DNA of 63,879 bases, taken from assembly GCF_004010195.1 (NCBI RefSeq), contig NC_057754.1, forward strand, positions 330,918-394,796, given 5' to 3'. Below the pieces are notes generated by a model. That model ran no database searches. It was not told the origin of the DNA and saw only the letters and a list, made by a program, of their open reading frames with translations. Positions 48,339 to 60,585 of the stretch are shown piece after piece. Origin of the DNA: Chiloscyllium plagiosum. Its lineage: Eukaryota. Every line of letters starts with the position of its first letter. The stretch's first letter is position 1. The translations under genes and the position numbers were made by a program.

Positions 48339-48531
48339 CGTGACTGGCCTTCCCATCACCTCTCTTTCTGCGACTGGCCTACCCATTGCTCTTCTCTCTC
48401 AACAAATGGTTTACCAATCACGCCTTGCTCCCCCTCACTCTCTTCCTCTGTCTCTCTCTCTCTATTAGTGGCTGATCCATCGGCACACTCTCTCTGTGAC
48501 TGACCTAGCCATCGCTTCTTGGATTTGGTGC

Positions 48532-48668
48532 CAACATTCCCTCTAAGCAGTGCAGACATGCATGCAGCTGCTCCAGTGTTCCACGCATGTTGATCACTTC
48601 TGGAAGTTGTGGCCACATACAGGCCTCAGAGGCCCACACAGCCAGTAAGGAAGTTAGAGGGAATGCTG
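48532..48668. mobile_element. Small hAT-like MITE, 137 bp
   Basis: TIRs caacattccctctaa / ttagagggaatgctg (14 of 15 match); 8-bp flanks only partly match. Confidence 0.5.
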
Positions 48669-49179
48669 ATTGACACGCCATCTAACATCCACAACTTTCA
48701 CTCCTTTCATCACTGATACACAGTGCTGTCACAGTGTATCATCTGATACACTGCAATAACTCACTAAGATTCCTTCAACAACCAGCACCTTTCAAATCTG
48801 TGACTTCTGCCAGTGAGAAAGGCTAGAGCAGTAGGTATCACCATCAGCTGCAAGATCCTCTCCAAGCCACACACTATCCTGATTTGGAACTAACACTGAT
48901 TATTCGTGGTCACTAGGTCAAGCCTGGATATTCAACCCTAATAGCACTGTGGGTGCCCTGAAACCTCAAAAACTACAACAGTTGAAAACTGCAATATTTC
49001 ACCATCACCTTCTCTAGGGTAATTAATACTGGCATAGCTAGTGACATCCATATCCCAATAATGAATTTACTTCTGACACCATGTCAATAATCAAGCTGAA
49101 GTTCTTTTCTATTTTAGATCAGATCCAGGGAAGCTGAATTTTCCTTATTGAAATTGAGATCCTCACCAACAACACTTAC

Positions 49180-49260
49180 GTTTTGCATCAGAAATGTTGT
49201 GGTTGGGAGACCATACCAACATGCCCTTTGTATCCTTCTCACTGAAACGGGCAGCACTGT
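49180..49260 (-). CDS. RCOR2: RCOR2 coding exon 3 (ELM2)
   Basis: (D)[26 protein letters not shown](L); ttatag / gtaagt; 81 nt. Confidence 0.96.
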
Positions 49261-49467
49261 CTATAAAAATACAAATAGAAGTTCAGCTGTAAATAAGAAC
49301 ATTACACATGCTGCATTACTTATTGGAGAATAAGGAAAATTATCACATGGTTGCCCAAGCTATCTCTGTGGTAAAAACAAGGACTGCAGATGCTGTAAAA
49401 CCAGAGTCTAGGTTAGAGTGGTGCTGGGAAAGCACAGCAGGTCAGGCAGCATCCGAGGAGCAGGAAG

Positions 49468-49501
49468 ATCGACGTTTCGGGCAAAAGCCCTTCATCAGGA
49501 A
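49468..49501 (-). ncRNA. Minimal hammerhead ribozyme motif, family A, intact core
   Basis: UUC-CUGAUGA-A-GGGC-UUUU-GCCC-GAAA-CG-UC-GA on - strand, sense to RCOR2 intron 2. Confidence 0.8.
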
Positions 49502-49637
49502 TAGAGGCAGGGTGCCTGTAGATTGGAGAGATAAATGAGAGGGGGTGTGGGGGTGGGGAGAAAGTAGCATAGAGTACAATAGGTGAATGGGGGTGAGGAT
49601 GGAGGTGATAGGTCAGAGAGGAGGGTGGGAGAAGGTA

Positions 49638-50068
49638 NNNNNNNNNNNNNNNNNNNNNNNNNNNNNNNNNNNNNNNNNNNNNNNNNNNNNNNNNNNNNNN
49701 NNNNNNNNNNNNNNNNNNNNNNNNNNNNNNNNNNNNNNNNNNNNNNNNNNNNNNNNNNNNNNNNNNNNNNNNNNNNNNNNNNNNNNNNNNNNNNNNNNNN
49801 NNNNNNNNNNNNNNNNNNNNNNNNNNNNNNNNNNNNNNNNNNNNNNNNNNNNNNNNNNNNNNNNNNNNNNNNNNNNNNNNNNNNNNNNNNNNNNNNNNNN
49901 NNNNNNNNNNNNNNNNNNNNNNNNNNNNNNNNNNNNNNNNNNNNNNNNNNNNNNNNNNNNNNNNNNNNNNNNNNNNNNNNNNNNNNNNNNNNNNNNNNNN
50001 NNNNNNNNNNNNNNNNNNNNNNNNNNNNNNNNNNNNNNNNNNNNNNNNNNNNNNNNNNNNNNNNNNNN
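49638..50068. other. Assembly gap (431 N)
   Basis: Run of N. Confidence 1.
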
Positions 50069-51265
50069 TCGGATGATGTGGTTTATGCGAAGGTTGGTAG
50101 GGTGGAAGGTGAGCACCAGGGGGGTTCTGTCCTTGTTACGGTTGGAGGGGTGGGGTTTGAGGGCGGAAGGGTGGGATGTGGACGAGATGCGTTGGAGGGC
50201 ATCTTTAATCACATGGGAAGGGAAATTGCGGTCTCTAAAGGAGGCCATCTGGTGTCTGTGGTGGAACTGGTCCTCCTGGGAGCAGATACGGCGGAGGTGG
50301 AGGAATTGGGAATACGGGATGGCATTTTTACAGGAGGTAGGGTGGGAAAGAGGTGTAATCCAGGTATCTGTGGGAGTCGGTGGGTTTGTAAAAAATGTCA
50401 GTGTCAAGTCGGTCGTCATTAATAGAGTTGGAGAGGTCCACCCCCACCCTCTTCTGATTTATCTCTCCACTCTGCTGGCACTCTGCCTCTATTCCTAATG
50501 AAGGGCTTTTGCCCAAAACGTCAATTTTCCTGCTCCTAGGATGCTGCCTGACCTGCTGTGCTTTCCCAGCACCACTCTAATCTAGACTCAAGCTATCTCT
50601 GTGCCCTGAGAATTCTCTTTTCTTGAACTTTCCATGTCAGTTTATTTATCTGTCTGTGCCATTAACTAATGGGATTTCTGTAACATTAAGTTTCTCATTA
50701 TGTAGATGGCACTTATTAAAGGATATTTTAGTTGATTCCTGAGGGAGAAGGGAAGCCACCTCAGTGTGCATTGAGAGGTAAATGTCTGAGCATGTAATGT
50801 TGCAGGGGGAGCTCTGTGCCCTGACTGAACATGGTGTACTGTTTTGTGTCTGCAATAATCTCCTCAGGAACAGGTTGGGGCCTGTCATACTCCACCAATC
50901 AATGAAATCATGGTTGACGTACATCCTAATTTTATCTACTTGCCTAGTTTCTGTAACTCATAAATAGTTTTTTTTTTGGTGTTAACAATCAATCTCAGTT
51001 CTGAAATTTTTAATTGATTCTCCACATCCTCAACTGTACTTTGGGACGTTTTAGATTTCCACCAGCCTTTTTGTAACCCCCTCAATCACCTAGCTCGAAC
51101 TTTAAATGTCTGTCCCCTTGTTCTGCATTCCCCCATCAAACAGCAAAGTTTCTCTAACTACCTGATCAATCTCTTCAACTATCTTAAACCTTTTCAATCA
51201 GATTACCTTTAATCTTCTCATCACACTTTCTCAGAATTTATCCCAAAGAACGCTGTAAACTGTGT

Positions 51266-51477
51266 CATTTGGAGAACTGGGGTGTACAAAGTTAAAAATC
51301 ACACAACACCAGGTTATAGTCCAACAGGTTTAATTGGAAGCACTAGCTTTGGGAGCGCTGCTCCTTCATCGGGTGGTTGTAATCCACAACCACCTGATGA
51401 AGGAGCGACGCTCCGAAAGCTAGTGCTTCCAATTAAACCTGTTGGACTATAACCTGGTGTTGTATGACTTTTAACTT
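51266..51477. mobile_element. Fold-back Penelope-like insertion (family B), ~95-bp inverted arms
   Basis: Arms 51286-51380 and 51386-51480 separated by aatcc; TSD tgtaaactgtgt at 51254-51265 and 51478-51489. Confidence 0.85.
51391..51425 (+). ncRNA. Minimal hammerhead ribozyme motif, family B, intact
   Basis: CAC-CUGAUGA-A-GGAGC-GAC-GCUCC-GAAA-GC-UA-GUG: stem I CAC/GUG, 5-bp stem II, palindromic AGCU, predicted cleavage after A51422. Confidence 0.85.
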
Positions 51478-51957
51478 TGTAAACTGTGTGGGCACTCAAC
51501 AATATGAAGCCCTGCTCAGGCCACAAACATGTTGCCCCTATCACCCTAACATGTTTTAGTCCTGGATTCATCTTGTACAATTTATCTTTTCTGGGGCACA
51601 GCATTGAATGCAGTGTCAGACATGATCTACCTAGGATTTTAAGTAAACTTTCTCCCCATTTGTTCTCCTTGTGTTCTTCACATTAGCCTTTTTAATGGTT
51701 TTTCTAGTCACCCAGATAAAATGTGTGAAGTTGAACTTTATATTCTCACATCTATGACAATCATTTTGCCTTGACAAACCTGCATCACAAGTGTACAAAA
51801 GCCAGGTAAACAAGGAAAGGCAGAAACGTCTCCTGAATTTGTCTATTGCCACTTCTTCATTGTGGCTTTTGTTCCACACAAGTTACTCATTATAGCAAGT
51901 ATCTTGCACATCTCAATACTAACATAAGCATGGCCTGTTAACAGACAGAAATTGTAC

Positions 51958-52014
51958 CTGGATGACATTCTGGAACAACAGCTTGGTAATCGGATCCAAC
52001 CCGGATCATACTGT
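51958..52014 (-). CDS. RCOR2: RCOR2 coding exon 2 (ELM2 start)
   Basis: (D)SMIRVGSDYQAVVPECHP; ctttag / gtacaa; 57 nt. Confidence 0.96.
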
Positions 52015-52154
52015 CTAAAGTAGAGAAAAAGCAAGACATAATATTCAGAAAAAATCAAGTAGTTAAATATGGAGTAGGAAATTTTGAGCGGATGGGGAGA
52101 CCGTTGAAGAAATGTAAAATTGTGGGATTTCATCCCAATGACAATCAAACATAT

Positions 52155-52650
52155 GGAGAGGAGTTGGCAAGGTGAGGCTTGGAGACATGCAATTAGCATC
52201 ACAGAGGAGTGGGCAAGGTGAGACCCTGTAACAGGCAGTCAGTGTCTCTGAGAGGAGCGGGTGAAATGAGGACCATGTGACAGGCAATCAGCATCACTGA
52301 GAGAAGCGGGCGAAGTGAGGACTGTGTGACAGGCAGTTGGTGTCACTGAGGGGAGCGGATGAAGCATGAACTCTGTGACAGGCAGTTTGTGTCATTGAGA
52401 GGAGCGGGTGACGTGAGGACCATGTGACAGGCAGTCAGCATCACTGAGAGGAGCAGGTGAGGTGAGGACTCTGACAGGCAATTTGTGTCACTAGAGGAAA
52501 GTGTGAGGTGAGGACCCTGTAACGGTGAGTCAGCGTCACTGAGAGGAGTGGGTGAGGTGAGGACCCTGTAACAGTGAGTCAGCATCACTGAGAGGAGAGT
52601 GTGAGGCGAGGACCCTGTAACAGTGAGTCAGCATCACTGAGAGGAGCGTT
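52155..52650. repeat. ~49-bp minisatellite (cagcatcactgagaggagcgggtgaggtgaggaccctgtaacagtgagt), about 10 copies
   Basis: Period 49 read directly. Confidence 0.9.
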
Positions 52651-52659
52651 GCAATAAGA

Positions 52660-53415
52660 CAACTGGTACAATATCCAGGCTTGGGCTGACAAGTGGCTCG
52701 TTCCATTCACGCCACATGAGTGCCAGGAAATGACCACCTCCAATAAGAAACAATCGAACTATTACCCCTTAACATCCTCACTGAATTCCCCCAACATCAA
52801 CATCAACATCCTGGGGATCATCATTGACCAGAATTGGACTCACCACGGAAATACAGTGGCGACAACAGCAGCTCAGAGATTAGGACCACTGCTGCAGGTA
52901 TTTGATTTCCTGGCTCCCCAAAACCTATCCAGAATCTATATGGTACATGTGAGGAGTCTGATGAGTGCAGCTCCAACAATATTCAAGAAGCAATACCAGC
53001 CAGTACAAAGCAGCCCACTTGATTGACACTATATCCACAAGAATCTACTCCCTCCACCACTGACGCTCAGTAGTAACAGTGTGTACTATTTACAATATGC
53101 ACTGTAGTTCACTAAGGTTTCTTAGACAGCACCTTCTAATCCCATAACTACTTCCATCCAGAAGGACAACAGCCCAGATAAATGGGAACATCATTCCCTT
53201 CAAGCCACTCACCATTCTGATATGGAAAATTACTGCCTTTCCCTCACTGTCACATGGTATGAAATTCCCTCCCTAATAACTTTGCGGGTCCACCTACCAC
53301 ACAGTCTGCAGCGGTTCAAGGTGGCAGCTCACCGCCTCCTTCTCAAGAAAAACTAGGGATGAACAATAAATGCTTGCCAGCCTTTGATGCCCACATTCCA
53401 AAAGTGAATTAAAAA
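52660..53415 (+). mobile_element. LINE 3' part (same family as 44390-46005, 48670-49070, 57995-58640)
   Basis: ORF remnant NILGIIIDQNWTHHGNTVATTAAQRLG; tail ctagggatgaacaataaatgc..gatgcccacattcc. Confidence 0.75.
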
Positions 53416-53419
53416 ATTA

Positions 53420-54965
53420 GTGATATGGACTTAAATGCAGGCAGTATGACTAAGTTTGCAGGTTACACAAAGAATGTTAGGGATAGACATAAACTGCAGT
53501 GGCAAATGGAAGTCAACCCGGAAAAATGTGAGGTGATGCAATTGGGGAGGGCTACTAATGCAAGGGATTGCATTATGAATGAAAAAATCGACGTTTGTAG
53601 AGATAAATGTAGGGGGGTGGTGGTGTAGCAGGAAAATCAACGTATCGAGCAAAAGCCCTTCATCAGAAATGAGGCTAAGCCCTTCATCAGGAATAAGAGT
53701 AGGAAAATTGCATTTATCTCTCCACCTCTGAGGCTCCCAGCCTCATTCCTGATGAAGGGCTTTTGCCCAAAATGTCGATTTTCTTGCTCCTCGGATGCTG
53801 CCTGACCTGATGTGCTTTTCCTGCACCACACTCTCAACTCTAATCTCCAGCATCAGCAGTACTCACTTTTGCCTAGTTGATTTTAACCTTACTGCGAATC
53901 CTCTTCCAAGGGTGCCTACCTCGAAGAAGTTCTACTCCTCTCTCTACAAGGAACGCAGTGAGTCTGGAATCCCCAGGTCATCTCCTCTGCCCTGAAGCTC
54001 TTCAGCCACATTCTGGATCAGACTCACCCATCTATCCATCTTCCTTCCCACCTATCCACTCCACCCTCCCCTCTGACCTATCACCTTTACCCTCACCTCC
54101 ACCCAGCTATTGCACTCTCAGCTACCATCCCTCCCAGCTCCACCCCCTCCCATTTATCTCTCCACCCATGAGGCTCCCAGCATCTTTCCTGATGGAGAGT
54201 TTTTGCCCGAAATGCCGAGTATCCTGCTCCTCGGATGCTGCCTGACCTGCAGTGCTTTTCCAGCATCACACTCTCGACTTGCATTATGAATGGTAGAACC
54301 CTGAAAAATACAGAAGATCAAAGATACCATCCTGTGCATATCCACAGACTCCTGATGGTAGCAGATGGTTAAGAAGGCATATGGAATACTTTCCTTTTTT
54401 AGCAGAGCCATAGAATAAAAGATCAAGGATGCTAACTTGGAACTGTTCAAGATGCAATTAGAGTACTGCATGAATTTTGGTCACCATATTATAGGAAGAA
54501 TGAGATTGTACTGGAAAGGATACAGAGAAGATTTACCAAGATGCTGCCTGGGCTGGAGTATCTGAACTATTAGGAAAGATTTGATAGGTGGGGTTGTTTT
54601 CCTTAGATTAATGAAGATTGAGGCGACATGATAGGAAGGAACTATGAGGGCATAGAGAGGGTGGGTAATCAGGCACTTTAATAACGGAGAGGAGGGCATA
54701 GATTTAAGAGTTAGAAAGTGAGAGGAAAGTTTAAGTAATTTTTTTCTCTCAGAGGATGGTGAGGGACTCATACTCACTGCCTGAAAGTGTGGTTGAGTTA
54801 GAAACTCTTGTAATATTTGAGAAATATTTAGACATTCACTTGTATTACAACAGTCTCCAGGGCTATGGGTCAGTAACTGGGAAGTGGATTAGTGTAGTTA
54901 GATCTGTGGACTACTGTGAACACGATGGGCTTAATGGCTTCTTCTATTTTGTAAAGGTCTAAGAG
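53420..54965 (+). mobile_element. Degenerate CR1-type LINE interrupted by a Penelope-like insertion
   Basis: WQMEVNPEKCEVMQLGR remnant; resumes after 54292. Confidence 0.75.
53582..54278 (+). mobile_element. Penelope-like insertion (family A): scrambled inverted pieces plus two tandem pLTRs with mutated hammerheads
   Basis: TSD ttgcattatgaatg at 53568-53581 and 54279-54292; motifs at ~53635(-), 53748(+), 54188(+). Confidence 0.85.
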
Positions 54966-54987
54966 TCTATGAAGATGTAATCCTCAC

Positions 54988-55189
54988 CATGCAGGCTGTG
55001 CTGATCCCGTTTCTTCCACTCAATAGAAACAGCAGACATAGTTCCATGTGAGCGTTCCTCATCGCTGCTCTCCTCTTCAGAGTGCCGTGGGTGTTGGCTC
55101 CCATTGTTGCTTCCATTGTTAATGCTTTTCATCCTGGTTCCACGGGACAGGATTCCTGCTGAACCCGACTTCTCCATCATTACTGGCAT
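54988..55189 (-). CDS. RCOR2: RCOR2 first coding exon
   Basis: MPVMMEKSGSAGILSRGTRMK...HSEEESSDEERSH resembles RCOR2 N-terminus (MPSVMEK..GILSR..HSEDDSSEEEHSH); first phase-1 GT donor is CATG|gtgagg at 54988; acceptor-like sequence just upstream of ATG implies a further 5' exon. Confidence 0.85.
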
Positions 55190-55509
55190 TGCTGTGGGAG
55201 CTGAGGAAGGAAACAGATGGAAAAAACAAAGTTATATCCTGAACACATCTTCACAATGTCATGTGATAGGAATGAAAAGGGATACAGGTTCAAAGGGCAA
55301 CAACTCAATACCAAGGAGCATTCTGCAGCGTTGAGGAGAGGTGTAGATTAAGTGTTACTAGTAACCTAAAGGCAACTATGACCTGACCAAAAGGCAAATT
55401 ATCCACAGAAACAAATTTCTTCCAAAAACTCTGGCCAATTAAAAATATTTTTTAAATGTGCTGGTTTGAATGTTGCTTATTTTCATCCACCAAGGAATGC
55501 AGTGGTGAA

Positions 55510-55670
55510 GAAGTGCTGCTCTGTCAGAGGTTCAGTGCTGAGGGAACGCTGCTCTGTTAGAGTGTAGTACTGAGGGAGTGCAGCACTGCCACAGGGTCAG
55601 TACTGAGGGAATGTCACTATCGAAGGGTCAATTTTAAGAATCACAGCACTATTGCAGGGTCAGTACGAAG
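55510..55670. repeat. 33-bp minisatellite (cagtactgagggagtgcagcactg..agggt), about 5 copies
   Basis: Reverse complement of the 38770-39062 family. Confidence 0.75.
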
Positions 55671-58505
55671 GTACTGGTAAACCCAAACCCCAAAAGCTGC
55701 ACTACCAACCCAAACACTGACATCCTAATTCTGTGTGTAAGCACTTATCCCACAAAACCCTAAAATATTTCAGCAGGACCGTTCCTTGTTCTTTTACCAG
55801 ACAGTATTTGCTCATCAAATAATGTGGCCCCTCTCATATGTCACCTATCATGTCCAAATTATTAGCTAATCTCTCAAAGATAACTGAACTGTCTGCTTTG
55901 ATGCTCAGGCACAATGGATGAGAAAGGTGACAGGCTTGATGCCATGTACTGATCTGGGTTAAGCTGATCTGCTGAAATGGCATGAAGACTTCACATAGCC
56001 TCTCTTCCTGAGTTAAAGAATAAGAGAGAGGAGATACCTATGGGATGCCCTGCCCCGAGTGCTGCCTAGTGGTTTTCACTGTTAGATTGGACTTCATTGT
56101 GATGCGACCACATTTGAATGGCTCAGTGGTATTCAACTTCCAAGTCTCAAGGAATGAACAATGGGAGAACATTACAGATCTCACGAGCTTAACTCTGATC
56201 TCAATAGATAACCACACACACAAAATATCTCTAGCGAGGCCTCTTGACTAGCTGTCAAGCACAGGAATATTGGCTGATTACTACCGCTCTCTACTCCAGG
56301 AGTATTGAAAGTCATCTTAAGCTAGGGTAAAAGGAAGGTAAGTAATGGTGAGAAAATGAGTTAAAAAGCTTAAGTGTCTAAGTACACAAGTGCTTAAAAA
56401 CTGATAGATTGGTACAAAAGGAATGAAAAGGGTTATTGGAATGATGGAATGTTTCATAGAAAGATAGATGACAAAGACAGGTAGAAACATATGTTGTAAA
56501 GAGGACATCAGGAGGTTTCAAACTGACAGAGTGGGTGAAAATCTGGCAGATGGAAACCGTAAAGACTGTTTCTTTTCATTTTTCTATATTTTTGACTGTG
56601 GACTAAAAGGGGAAAAACAGTTTAAAAAAATAAGGATTGTGGAAAGGATCACTTTACTTTTAAAAAAGTAGGCCACTGCCAAAGGGAGTGGTAGATGCAG
56701 GTATAGTTACACCATTTAGAAGAAATTTGGACAGATACATGAATAGGAAAGGTTTAGAGGGATATGAGTCAAACAGGCAAATGGAACTAGTTTAGTTTAG
56801 GTAACCTGGTTGGCGTGGACAAATTGGACTGAAGTTTTGTTTCCATGCTCTATGACTCGAAGTTCTGTTTACACTGCTGTTTGTTCAAGCAATGGAGGAT
56901 GTTTAGATGCAGACAAGCTGGAACCAAGAGTGTGTACAAAATAAGATTCAGCTGGCAACAATAGCTGATTGCTCTGTGGAAAGCCGACCAATAGTAGACG
57001 TCAAAAACCTTTTGCCTGCCAGTAACTATATATTTGGCTCCTAGGTAGCTGAACAATTTGTAGGTGTGAAATATTTGGTCAGAAGCCATCAAACCTCCAG
57101 AAAGGAAGGTGCCTTCATTTTCTCTGAAATGATAAACATCTGAAGCCTGAAGAAGGCCAGTTTATTTTCCCTCATCAGTGTAAACTGTGGCCTTTAACCA
57201 AGAGGTTAATGACTTTATCAGTGTGAACCAGTCACTCTGCAAGCAAGAGAAAGTACCTGGAAAAAGAAAGATCCAGGATCAGCAAGTCCTGACAAGCCAA
57301 AAGAATGATCTCAGCAAACCTTATGGACAGGGATCATTCCCAGTTATTCCCTCACCCTTTTTTTTGGGTTTGTCTGTCTCAGTATGTTGGGCAGCTTTAT
57401 CAGGAGCTTAGAGTTTTAATTAGTAGAGTATTAGGACGAAAGATCCTAACTGGATCTACCTCTAGCTAGAATCTATTTATTTATAATAAATAGTAGTCTT
57501 TCGTGAGTCACAAAAAATTAGTATGTAGGTACAGAATGTGACTAAAAATATTAATGGAATGCTTTTCTCAATTACAAGAGGAACTGAACACAAAGGAAGG
57601 ATGTCATGTTTCAATCATACAAGGCACTGGGAGACTATATCATAAATGCTGCATCCACTTTTGGTCTCCTTACTTCAAGAAGAATATAATGTATTGGGGG
57701 TGGATTAAAGATATCTGGTGTTATGAGGAAATGCTGGACAGACTGCTTGTTTCCACACTGGTTCAGAAGTGATAGGTGCTTTGAGTGCATAAGATCCTGA
57801 ACAGTCTTAACAAAGTGAATGGGAAAAAGGGCTGTTCCCTCTTATGGATGACTCCAGAACTAGGGGACACTGTCTAAAAATTAGGGGGTCACCCTTTTTG
57901 ACAGAGATGAGGAGAAACTTACTATCTGACAGTAAAAAACTTTGAAAAACTCTGCCTCAGAAAGTGGGAGAGGCAGGGTTATTGAAACATTTTAATCTAT
58001 TCATGTGATGTGGGCTTCACCAGCATTTATCATTACCTATCACAAGGTGCTCTTACAGTGGTGAATGTAGGCTTCCTTCATGAACCACTGCAGTCTATTT
58101 GGTTAATATATACCTACAATGCTGTTCAGGAAGAACTTCCAAAACTTGACCTAGTGCCATTAAAGGAATGGCAATATATTTCCAAGTTAGGATGGTGAGC
58201 GCCTTGGAAGGGATACTGGGGATGGTGGTGCTCCCACTTATCAGCTGCCCTTGTCCTTCTAAATGGTCAAGATTCTGGGTTTGGAAGGTGCTGCCTAAGG
58301 AGCCTTGGCAAACTGCTGCAATGCATCTTGTAGGTGGCACACACTACTACTACTGAGCATTGATGGTGGAAAGAATGGACGTTGTGGGTGTAGTGCAAAT
58401 CAAGTGGCTGATTTGTCCTGAGCAGTGTCAAGCTTCTTCAGTATTGTTGAAGCTGCACTCATCCAGGCAAATGGGGAGTATTCCATCACACTCATGACTT
58501 GTGTC

Positions 58506-58619
58506 CAAACGTGTGGTGCTGAAAAACGCAGCAGGTCAGGCAGCATCCGAGGAGCAGGAGAATTCCAGCGCCACACTTTTTGACTCTGATCTCCAGCATC
58601 TGTAGTCCTCACTTTCTCC
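58506..58619. mobile_element. 114-bp Penelope-like fold-back remnant (family A), hammerhead deleted
   Basis: Opposed pLTR pieces; 20-bp TSD tcacactcatga(c/t)ttgtgtc at 58486-58505 and 58620-58639. Confidence 0.75.
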
Positions 58620-60235
58620 TCACACTCATGATTTGTGTCTTGTTATAGAGTCAAAGAGTCATACAGTGCAGAAAAGGTACTTCAACACATTGAATCTGCA
58701 CTGACAATAAATACCACTAAAGACATGCTAATTCCAATTTCCTGTTACAATATTTCAAGTGCTTGTTCAAATTTTTTTAATAGTTTGTATGGTTTACAGC
58801 GTCTACTACCTTCCCAGGCAATTCCAGATTCCCAGCATCCTGACAGAAAATGTTTTTTACTCAAAGCCACTCTGAATCTCCTGACCATACCCTAAAACTA
58901 TGCCCCTTTCTGACTGACCCCTCAACCAAGGGGAAGAACTGCTCCTTATTCGCCCTGTCCATACCCCTCATATTTTTATATTCCTCAATATTGTTCCCCC
59001 TCAGCCTTCTGTGCTCTAAAGAAAACAATCTAAGCCTATCTAGCCTTTCCTTCTACTCAATTTATTCACTCCAGGCAACATCTTACTAAATGTCCTCTGT
59101 ACCCCCTCTAGTGGTATTACATCCTTCTTGTTATATCCAGTTGTGGCCTAACCAACACTGTATAAAACTCTAATATCACTTCCTTGTTCTTGTACTCTAT
59201 GCCATGACTGATGAAAGCAAGTGACCCATACGCCTTCTTAGCTAGCCAACTTTAGAGATCTGTGAATAATTACCCCAAGATCCTTCTATTCCTCTAAATT
59301 ATCTAGTGTCCTGCCCATTCATTAAATAATCCTTCATCTTGTTTCTTCTTTCAGTTTCCCTGAATTCCATGTGCTTTAATCTTCTCAAACAGTCTCCCAT
59401 GTGGGACCCTGTCAAACATTTTGCTGAAATCCATATAAATTACATCAACTGAACTTCTCTCATCCACACACACGTGATCACATTTTTGACAAATTCTCAT
59501 AAATTTGTTAGGCATGACCTCCCTCTAACAAAGCCCTAATTAACCTATGCTTTTCCAAGTGGATATTAATTCGCCCGTTCAGAACTTTCTCCAATAAGTT
59601 GCCGACCATTGTTGATATTGGATAGGCTCCAGGGAGTCAAGAGGTGAGTTACTTACTGCAGGACTCCTGGTTTTGATCTGCAGTTGTAACCAAAGTACTT
59701 ACATAGGCGAGAAACATCCAAGATGTTCATCATAAGGACTTCAAAGCTGGGTAGTGCCACTGAATGTCAAGGGGCAGAGGTAGATTGTTGCAAGGGAATC
59801 AAAGGCAATTGGGATCGGCAAGAATGGAATTCAAAACACAATGGATCAGCCCTAAAGTTATTGAATGGCTGAGCACGCTTTAGGAGCTGAATGGCTGACT
59901 TCTGCTCTTAGTTCATACACTGGCCTTTATCTGCGTTGAGATGACATCAAGAGTCTGTACAGGGATACAGACGGGTTAAGCGAGTTTGCAAAAGCTTGGC
60001 AAATGGAATATTAAAAGGGGAAAATGTGAGGCTATGCACTTTAGAAAGGAGCTGAATGTTATTTAAATGGAGAAAGCATAAAGCTACAGAGGGATTTAGA
60101 AATTCTCATGCAAAAATCACAAAGTTAGCAAACAAGTTCAGCAGGTAATAAGGAAGACAAATGGAATGTTGGCCATTATTTCAAATGGAGCTGCTCTTCC
60201 AATCATAGACCAGTTCTCTGCCATAGTTGCTAATG

Positions 60236-60585
60236 GTAGAATTATAGAATTCTACCTACAGGACAGATACAGGCCCATTTGGGCCATCAAATCTGCACCG
60301 ACCCTGCAAAGAGCATCTTACCCTAACCCCATAATCCAGCATTTACCATATGTAATCCACCTAGCCTGCACATCCCTGAACACTACAGGAAAATTTTGCA
60401 TTGCCTATCTACCAAACCTCCATTATCTTTGGACTGTGAGAGGGAACAGGAGCACCTGGTGGAAAACCACATAGACACAGGGAGAACATATAAACTCCAC
60501 ATAGACACTCCCCGAAGGGTGGAATCAAGCCTGGATCCTGGCACTGTGAGGCAGCAATGCTAACCGCTGTGACAACATGCTGCCT
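60236..60585 (-). mobile_element. HE1-type SINE, diverged
   Basis: Reverse complement begins ggcagcatgttgtcacagcggttagcattgctgcctcacagtgccagga. Confidence 0.8.

Larger units (their letters stand above)
49371..50588 (-). mobile_element. Penelope-like element (family A): 3' pLTR, RT C-terminal remnant, inverted partial pLTR at the 5' end
   Basis: TDIFYKPTDSHRYLDY and HPTSCKNAIPYSQFLHLRRICS are PLE RT motifs; TSD caagctatctctgtg at 49356-49370 and 50589-50603; spans the N gap. Confidence 0.9.

Noticed and set aside
49583..50498. 270-300 aa ORFs
   Set aside because: Artefacts of translating through the N gap; only the minus-strand PLE RT remnant is meaningful and it is frameshifted
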